From contig CALEDJ010000045.1 in the NCBI GenBank assembly GCA_937951485.1, positions 59,356 through 123,355 of the forward strand: 64,000 nt of DNA, read 5' to 3'. This DNA comes from an uncultured bacterium. GTDB lineage: Bacteria > Hydrogenedentota > Hydrogenedentia > Hydrogenedentales > CAILVY01. The notes under the pieces are model-generated. The model worked only from the letters and a program-made list of their open reading frames with translations. It had not been told where the DNA came from and did not search any database. Below are positions 57,722-64,000 of this stretch, in pieces; position 1 is the first letter of the stretch, and the number at the start of each line of letters is the position of its first letter. The position numbers and the translations under genes are program-made.

Positions 57722-57853
57722 CAACAAAGACAGGCCGAATAAGACCAAATAGGGCCAATAAGACCGATAGCATTCCAAATTTGGCGATCTTAAAGAAAGC
57801 GTGAGCGCGATTCTTGGATGCTGTTCAAGGGACGGGGATTTCGCTGTGTGATG

Positions 57854-59014
57854 TCAGGGTGTGGGGAGGACGGGAGCGGGCCGGGGTGCGACAGGCTGGG
57901 CGACGCCGGAGGGAGTTGGCGAAGGAGTGGCCTGTAACGGCGCGGTCCTCGCGCCGGGCATCGTCGCGGGATTCGGCTGCGGGCCGTAGGTTTGCGGCTC
58001 CTGTGGCGAAGCCGCTGCGCCGGGCGTCGTCCCGGGGTTCGGCTGCTGGCCGTAGGCTTGCGGTTGGGGCGTTACAGGCCATGACGACAGGGGTTGTTGC
58101 GGCTGGGTCATGGGCTGTTGTGGATAACTGCCATAGGGTTGCAGGGGCGGTCTGTCCTGTTCCTCCCACGGGACATCTGGCGGATACAAGCCGAAAATGT
58201 CGGCAAAGTACGGATTGGCCGCTGCTTGCTGCTCCCACAGGAACCGCTCATACGCTATTTCCTGGAGGCGCTGTTCCTCGGCAATGCGGGCGCGTTCCTC
58301 CAATGTGCGCTCCAAAATGTATCGTTCCCGTGCCGGGTCCTTCTCCTGCGAACCCTTCAGCACCAGTTTGGGCACGCCTTCCTCGTCCACGCCCTGCATC
58401 CGTTCACGGATGCCCCGGACTTCCATCGGTTCCGGGGCGCGCAGCATGGGAGGGTATTGGGTTGTCGGCAGCACAGGCTGTTGCTGGGCGGGCGCGGCTG
58501 GGAATACCGAGGGCGCACGGGGGCCGGGCGGCTGCCTCGGCGCTGTCAAGACGCCATCGTTCCGCGGTCTGGGGATTGTCGGCGCAGTCGGGCCTGCTGC
58601 TTCCATGGGAACGAGGGGCGCCATAGTCTGCGGCGCAACAGGGGCGGGAGATCGCAGGGACGGTTCCGGCGGCGTGGGCCGGGCATCCATGCGCAGATAA
58701 CGCCGGGGGTCCTTCTTCGGGTCCGGTGGCGGCGGTTGCGCCGCGCGGCGCTTGTCGCGGTTTTCCTTCCATTCGCGGAGCAGCGCCTCGCGGGCGTCCC
58801 GGTCCGGATCAATGAACACGTCCGTCGGCGACACCCGGTCCTTGGAAACGCTGAAAGACCGCCCTTCCCGGGGCAATAGGATGTAATAGCGCGAATCGCT
58901 TTGCCGGATATAGACGTTTTTGTACGCCACGCCATCCACCACGATGGCATCAGCCAGGGCAGCGTCTGCCGCGCACGCCAGCACGACGACCAACATCAAT
59001 ACACGAAGGCACAT
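57854..59014 (-). CDS. Secreted Pro/Gln-rich hypothetical protein
   Basis: Signal peptide ending ALA-DA; small N-terminal beta domain (YKNVYIRQSDSRYYILLP.EG); long low-complexity regions with a duplicated PQ.YG.QPNP.T.PGA. Confidence 0.65.
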   Translation of the reverse strand: MCLRVLMLVVVLACAADAALADAIVVDGVAYKNVYIRQSDSRYYILLPREGRSFSVSKDRVSPTDVFIDPDRDAREALLREWKENRDKRRAAQPPPPDPKKDPRRYLRMDARPTPPEPSLRSPAPVAPQTMAPLVPMEAAGPTAPTIPRPRNDGVLTAPRQPPGPRAPSVFPAAPAQQQPVLPTTQYPPMLRAPEPMEVRGIRERMQGVDEEGVPKLVLKGSQEKDPARERYILERTLEERARIAEEQRLQEIAYERFLWEQQAAANPYFADIFGLYPPDVPWEEQDRPPLQPYGSYPQQPMTQPQQPLSSWPVTPQPQAYGQQPNPGTTPGAAASPQEPQTYGPQPNPATMPGARTAPLQATPSPTPSGVAQPVAPRPAPVLPTP

Positions 59015-59075
59015 CACACAACTCCGGGAGAACTGCCGTTCATCCCATGTTCCAATGGGATTATACCATTTCAAG

Positions 59076-59987
59076 TCAGGATTGGGCGGATTCTGCGTCA
59101 CGCCGGACGTAATCCTCCCAGCGGCGATCAATCCACTGCTGGACGGCGGCGATGGTCGCTTCATCCAGGTTCTTGTAACGTCCCTGGCGTTCCATATATT
59201 CGCGGACCGGCATCAGTTCGCCCTGTTCGGCCAGTTTCTTGCTCCGGCTGGTCAGCCGGAATGCGCCGTGCTCGATTTCAAACAGGACGACGCTGCCGGT
59301 TTCCACGGCGAGCCGGCCCATTTCCACGGTATCTTTGGGGTTGTATTGCCAGCCCGCCGGGCAGGGCGTGGCCATGTGCAGGTAGCGCGTGCCGCGAATG
59401 CCAATCGCTTTTTTCACCTTGTCATAGAGGTCGGTGGGGAAGGATGGGCACGTCATGGCGATGTAAGGCACGCCGTGCGCTTCCAGGATGCGCGGCATGT
59501 CTTTGGGGGGCTGTTGTTTCCCTTGGACGGGCGTCGTGGTGGTGCGCACGCCCAGCGGCGTCATGCCCGACCGCTGCGTGCCGGTGTTCATGTACGCCTC
59601 GTTGTCGTAACAGATGTAAATGAAATTCGTGTTGCGTTCGGCCGCGCCGCTCAGCGCCTGGATGCCGATGTCCGCGGTGCCGCCGTCGCCCGCCATGGCG
59701 AGCACCGGGATGTCCTCGCGCCCGGTCGCCTTCAGGCCGGCGACGAGTCCGGACGCCGCCGCCGCCGTGCTGGGAAACACGACATTCATCCACGGCACGA
59801 GCACCGAGGAACTCGGATACATGCCGCCCAGCACGGTCAGGCAACTCGCCGGCACGGCCATGATGCACTTGCCGTCAAACGCCTTGAGAATGTGTCTCAG
59901 TCCGATGCCCAGCCCGCATCCGGCGCAGGCGCGGTTGCCGGGGAGCATGTATTCTTCTGCGGGCAGATCAAGAATTCGTGTTGCCAT
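59076..59987 (-). CDS. porB: 2-oxoacid:ferredoxin oxidoreductase beta subunit (TPP-binding)
   Basis: GNRACAGCG, AGDGGTADIG, YDNEAYMNTGTQRS, CPAGW. Confidence 0.92.
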   Translation of the reverse strand: MATRILDLPAEEYMLPGNRACAGCGLGIGLRHILKAFDGKCIMAVPASCLTVLGGMYPSSSVLVPWMNVVFPSTAAAASGLVAGLKATGREDIPVLAMAGDGGTADIGIQALSGAAERNTNFIYICYDNEAYMNTGTQRSGMTPLGVRTTTTPVQGKQQPPKDMPRILEAHGVPYIAMTCPSFPTDLYDKVKKAIGIRGTRYLHMATPCPAGWQYNPKDTVEMGRLAVETGSVVLFEIEHGAFRLTSRSKKLAEQGELMPVREYMERQGRYKNLDEATIAAVQQWIDRRWEDYVRRDAESAQS

Positions 59988-59992
59988 AATCG

Positions 59993-61279
59993 TCAAATCC
60001 TGCAATCAATCCACGCCGGGGGCGCGGTGCGTTGACCGTTGTCGTATTGTTTCAGGGCATTGCGGACCGCGTCGGCCAGTTGCCGCGCCTTCACGTCGCG
60101 TCCGCCCAGCCCGGCGATGCAGCCAAAAACCGCCGGCGCGGCTTCGGACTGAAACAGCGCCGCCTTGAGGTCCGCACAGATGGGGCCTTCGTAGCCGTAA
60201 CTGAGGCTTTTGTCGAAGACCACGGCCAGCCGCGCCTTTTTCAGGGCGGCGATGAGTTCCTCGACGGGGAAGGGGCGGTATGCGCGCACACCGACCACGC
60301 CTGCGGCGATGCCCTCCGCGCGCAGCATGTCCACGGCGGTGGAGGCCTCCATGGTCAGGCTGCCCGCCGCCACCAGGCACACATCGGCGTCCTCGTCGCG
60401 GTAGCCCCAGACCATGCCGCCCCAGCGGCGCCCGAAGCACTGATCGAATTCCCGGTCCACTGCCACAATCGCCTCGCGCGCGCCCACAAGCGCTTCCTGG
60501 TGCAGATAGCGCAATTCCATGTAGCCGTGGCACAGGACGCCCTCGCTGTTGACCCGGGGGTCGGCCAGGGTCACCTGGTTCAGGTTGCGCGGGTCGGCGG
60601 GGTCGAGGAGGGTGTGGGGCGTGTAGGGGGGTAGAAAGCGGTCCACGTCTTCCTGCCGGGGCAGGCACACCGGCATCACGGTGTGCGACAGTAGAAAGCC
60701 GTCATAACAGACCATCACCGGCACGTGAACCCTCTCGGCGATTTTGAACGCCTGCACGACGGTGTCGAAGATTTCCTGGTTGTTGCGACAGTGAATCTGA
60801 ATCCAGCCGGCATCGCGTTGCGACATCGAGTCCTGCTGGTCGTTCAATACATTCCACGGCGCGGCCATGGCCCGGTTCACGCAGCACATGACAATCGGCA
60901 GGCGCGCCCCCGCCGCCCAGTGAATCTGCTCACACATGTAGGCGAGGCCGTTCGCGCTGGTCGCCGTGAAAACGCGCGCCCCCACCGTGGACGCGGCGAT
61001 GCAGACCGCGAGCGCGCTGTGTTCCGACTCCACCGTCACGAATTCGGCCTTGAGTTCGCCGCTTTCGACGAATTTCGAGAGATTCTCCACCACCGCCGAT
61101 TGCGGGGTGATGGGGTAGGCGGCGACCACCTGCACGCGGCACAGGCGCGCCGCATGTGCCGCCGCCTCGTTGCCGGTGATGATCGCCACGCGGCCGTTCC
61201 CGCTTTGCGGTTTCTCGTCCTTTGCGCGCGATTTGGGGGAAGTTTTGGCGCCTTGGCGTTGTTTTTTCTCCGTGATCAT
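59993..61279 (-). CDS. porA: 2-oxoacid:ferredoxin oxidoreductase alpha subunit
   Basis: TGNEAAA, AAYPITPQ, VESEHSA, TATSANGL, NRA, YRPFP, GLGGRD. Confidence 0.92.
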   Translation of the reverse strand: MITEKKQRQGAKTSPKSRAKDEKPQSGNGRVAIITGNEAAAHAARLCRVQVVAAYPITPQSAVVENLSKFVESGELKAEFVTVESEHSALAVCIAASTVGARVFTATSANGLAYMCEQIHWAAGARLPIVMCCVNRAMAAPWNVLNDQQDSMSQRDAGWIQIHCRNNQEIFDTVVQAFKIAERVHVPVMVCYDGFLLSHTVMPVCLPRQEDVDRFLPPYTPHTLLDPADPRNLNQVTLADPRVNSEGVLCHGYMELRYLHQEALVGAREAIVAVDREFDQCFGRRWGGMVWGYRDEDADVCLVAAGSLTMEASTAVDMLRAEGIAAGVVGVRAYRPFPVEELIAALKKARLAVVFDKSLSYGYEGPICADLKAALFQSEAAPAVFGCIAGLGGRDVKARQLADAVRNALKQYDNGQRTAPPAWIDCRI

Positions 61280-61572
61280 GCCGATTCCTCGGTTTCCGGG
61301 ACCATCGTGATGGCGTCGGCGGGGCACACCTCGACGCATATCCCGCATCCCTTGCAGTAGGTCAGGTCCACTTCGCTCCCGACCTCCTTTTTGATGACCC
61401 CCTCCGGGCAGAAGGCCCAGCACTGAAAACAGGCGGGACGGCCCGCCTTCACAGCCAGACATTTCGACTGGTCCACGACAGGGCGCGCACTCCGCCAGTC
61501 GCCCGTGATACCCGCTTCGCCGCTGCAGGGCGTGGCCATGGCCGATTCATGCTTGCAGTCGCGAGTGCCCAT
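61276..61572 (-). CDS. porD: 2-oxoacid:ferredoxin oxidoreductase delta subunit (2x[4Fe-4S])
   Basis: TGDWR..RPVVD..KC...CFQCWAFCPE, YCKGCGICVEVCP. Confidence 0.9.
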   Translation of the reverse strand: MGTRDCKHESAMATPCSGEAGITGDWRSARPVVDQSKCLAVKAGRPACFQCWAFCPEGVIKKEVGSEVDLTYCKGCGICVEVCPADAITMVPETEESA

Positions 61573-61622
61573 GCTTATTACTCCAAATGGTTCCCGGCGG
61601 CGCCGCACTTGCCGCCGCGCTG

Positions 61623-62216
61623 TCAACATTTCGTGCGTTCGTAGGTCAGCCGCGCCGCCTCAAAATTGCGCCGCGCGTGTTTGGCGGGAAACGCCTCTTC
61701 CAGGGCCGCCCGGACTTCATCCAGCGAAACCAGGCCCGTGGCGCGCGCGATGGCGCCCAGCATCGGCGTGTTCACCATGGGCGCGCCCTGTACTATCAGG
61801 CCTGCCTCTTCCGCCGCGCCGGTGGCATCCGCCGTGGCGATCTGGAAATCGCCGTTCAACCCGATTTCGCCCGGATCCAGGCGGCTGTTGATGATTAACC
61901 ACGCGCCGGGCTTCATCCCCGCCGTCGCATTCGCGCTTTTCAGCAGACTGTCGTCCAGCACCACGACCACATCCGGCGTCTCCACTTGTGAGAACACCCG
62001 GATGGGCTCCGACGCCAGCCGCGTCGAAGCGGTTACCGGCGCACCCCGGCGCTCCGCGCCGAAGGACGGCGCGGAAGTCACGCCGGAAAATCCCGCAAGA
62101 TAGGCTGCCGTGGCCAGGATTTTCGCCGAGGACACGGCCCCCTGTCCGCCGCGACCGTGCCAGCGGATTTCGCACATCCCGTTCGCCCATGCGTCTGTCA
62201 GTGGTCCTTGTCCCAT
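61623..62216 (-). CDS. porC: 2-oxoacid:ferredoxin oxidoreductase gamma subunit
   Basis: EIRWHGRGGQGAV, FGAERRGAPV, NTPMLGA. Confidence 0.92.
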   Translation of the reverse strand: MGQGPLTDAWANGMCEIRWHGRGGQGAVSSAKILATAAYLAGFSGVTSAPSFGAERRGAPVTASTRLASEPIRVFSQVETPDVVVVLDDSLLKSANATAGMKPGAWLIINSRLDPGEIGLNGDFQIATADATGAAEEAGLIVQGAPMVNTPMLGAIARATGLVSLDEVRAALEEAFPAKHARRNFEAARLTYERTKC

Positions 62217-62226
62217 GTTCGCCCCG

Positions 62227-62943
62227 TCATAATCCCAATTCCGCGCCCACGATAATCACGGTGATATCGCTGTGCAAGGGTTTGCAGTCCAGTACCAGCG
62301 TGGCGCGGCACATCCGCGCCTCCGAATGACAATCTCCACAAATGCCGGTGCGCACGCATGACAGCGGCGCGCCGATGCTGTGCAGCGCCAGCGGCGCGCA
62401 GACATCCTTGATCCGCGCCAACGCCGCCTCCAACGTGGGCACAATCTTGTTCGCGCCCACCGCCAATATGCACTTGCCCGGACCGAACGTTGTCGCCGCA
62501 AGACGGTTGCCGATGCTGTCCGTGCTTACCAATTGGCCCTTCAGCGTCACCGCGTTGACGCTGCTGAGGAACACATCCGCTGTCAATTGCGCCCGCCGGA
62601 CCGCCAGAATCTCCTCGTCGGAAAGGCCTGGCGCCCAGTGGTCGTAAAGGGTGTGGCCCCTGTGCTTCAGTTCTTCCGGGATACCCAATTCCCGCAACGT
62701 CATCGAACCCGCCACCCCAACCCGCGCCCCCGCAGGAATCCTGTTGAGGATCTCCTCCCGCGCCTGCCCCCGGTCCGCGGCGTACACCGCATCAAAGCCC
62801 GTTTTCCCAAGAGCATGCACCGCGCTCATCGCGCGCTGCTCGAGCCGCCACCGCTTGATGCTTTCCATGCCCGCCTGCCGGTTCGCATAAAACTCCCGTG
62901 GGAGAATACTTCCCCCACCCCGGCCTGACTCTTTTTCGGACAT
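62227..62943 (-). CDS. LUD-domain (lactate utilization YkgG/LutC-like) protein
   Basis: GSMTL.ELG, ADVFLSSVNAVT..GQLV..D..GNR.AA..FGP, GANKIV, C..TG.C.DC....RMC, VGAELGL. Confidence 0.85.
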   Translation of the reverse strand: MSEKESGRGGGSILPREFYANRQAGMESIKRWRLEQRAMSAVHALGKTGFDAVYAADRGQAREEILNRIPAGARVGVAGSMTLRELGIPEELKHRGHTLYDHWAPGLSDEEILAVRRAQLTADVFLSSVNAVTLKGQLVSTDSIGNRLAATTFGPGKCILAVGANKIVPTLEAALARIKDVCAPLALHSIGAPLSCVRTGICGDCHSEARMCRATLVLDCKPLHSDITVIIVGAELGL

Positions 62944-63135
62944 TTGAGACGCCTCTGAATTTCCGGCGAATACGCGCGGCAGTTCATGCAAGAACTGAGT
63001 GTTCATTGTACCAAACAGCCGCATATGAAGGCAAAAACCGGCTTGTGTGGCGCTGCTGCGCTGGCGAAGGATTATGCCCTGAGAAGACGCAACATAACAG
63101 CCTCGGACAACGTCCTGGATTGGTTGGATTTTTGT

Positions 63136-63173
63136 GGGGTGGCGCGCGGCGCCGGGGGATGTAAAAGGCCATA
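63136..63173. repeat. Partial copy of the 23.65-kb REP-like element
   Basis: GGGGTGGCGCGCGGCGCCGGGGGATGTAAAAGGCCATA is the near-exact reverse complement of 23643-23680. Confidence 0.8.
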
Positions 63174-63323
63174 CAAAGCGCCCCGACAATCTATGCCATT
63201 CCGCCTCAAGTGTTACCGGGTTCGGTTAATGATGCGGGCAGAAGAAAAACATCGAGGGACTGCGCCCTCGCGCGAACACAGTCCCTGCCTCTCCCATTGA
63301 ATCCTTTCTTTGTCCTCGGACGG

Positions 63324-64000
63324 TCAGTTCAGGGCGAATATGCCCGGCGCGAAGCCGTCCTCGGAACTCTCCTGCCTGTAGTAATACCGTCCCGGTGAAT
63401 TGAACAACTGAATGGTGCGCAGCAATTCGGACAGGTCTATGACCCAGTCCTGCGGATTATAGTCGCTGCTGTGCGGCGCACAAGCAACGACCCCGGCAAA
63501 GAGCGCATAGCCGTCTTCCGTACCCTCGGCGCACTGGTAACCGCCGACGTTGTATATCTGAATAACGCGCAGCATCTCGGAGAGTGAGATGCTCCAGTCG
63601 CCGTCGGTGTCGGCGCTGTGGCGCATGCCCGCGCCGGGATCGGGGGCAAGCGGCGTCGGAATGATCTCCGTGCTCAACTCGCCGCTGTCCGCCCCGCGAT
63701 ATACGGCAGCGCCCAGAATGGCGTGCACGCCGTCGGCATTCGGAGGAACATTCACCCGGTACACGACCTGCGCGGGGAAGGACGGCATATTCAGCCACAC
63801 GAATTCGATGCGGCCGCCGTCACCGGGTTCAGGCCCGGCTTCCGCACCGGCCGAATCCACCACCTGCGCAACCGTCCAGCCTTCCGGCAGTTCTTCCCAC
63901 AGGCCAAGCGCGGAAAGATAGCCTTCATGCACCTTGTGGATGGTGACCACAACGGTCAGCGGCTCACCGGGCCGATAATAGCCGTTGCCCGCGCGGCGCG
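63324..64000 (-). CDS. C-terminal part of a secreted protein: Ig/cohesin-like domain plus a duplicated EF-hand (dockerin-like) module (5' end outside window)
   Basis: Frame is open to the window edge (GNGYYRPGEPLTVVVT..EELPEGW..YRVNVP); ends with HSADTDGDWSISLSEMLRVIQIYN...PHSSDYNPQDWVIDLSELLRTIQLFN...EDGFAPG. Confidence 0.75.
   Translation of the reverse strand, partial: RRAGNGYYRPGEPLTVVVTIHKVHEGYLSALGLWEELPEGWTVAQVVDSAGAEAGPEPGDGGRIEFVWLNMPSFPAQVVYRVNVPPNADGVHAILGAAVYRGADSGELSTEIIPTPLAPDPGAGMRHSADTDGDWSISLSEMLRVIQIYNVGGYQCAEGTEDGYALFAGVVACAPHSSDYNPQDWVIDLSELLRTIQLFNSPGRYYYRQESSEDGFAPGIFALN

Overview
High-GC bacterial chromosomal window of mostly housekeeping and carbohydrate-related genes, about 55 CDSs. 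The lineage is probably Candidatus Hydrogenedentota; this is inferred from the C-terminal HSADxDxD..LSELLR..Q.(F/Y)N module at the window end and from the many Uro-D, sugar-isomerase, HEAT and Gfo/Idh/MocA genes. Recognisable genes are rpoN, tRNA-Glu(UUC), uvrC, fba, carA, a metB-like gene, nadX-rplU-rpmA-obgE-proB, aroA, a fused aroK-aroC, a four-subunit 2-oxoacid:ferredoxin oxidoreductase and a ZrgBCD-like ABC cluster. I found no integrase, transposase, phage gene or CRISPR array. The most notable unexplained structure is non-coding: (1) a MITE-like family with GTAACATTTCAGCCG...CGGCTGAAATGTTAC inverted ends, present as two copies plus a remnant, one of them in the 5' UTR of a nucleotide-sugar epimerase gene; (2) several dispersed REP-like families; (3) a structured ~85-nt leader under a perfect sigma70 promoter upstream of rpoN. 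Notable proteins are a dockerin-like duplicated EF-hand module next to a cohesin/Ig-like domain, a degenerate thermonuclease fused to a PDZ domain, a hydrolase with a histone-H1-like tail, and decayed hicA and ytrA remnants. All calls are from visual motif recognition; no database searches were run.
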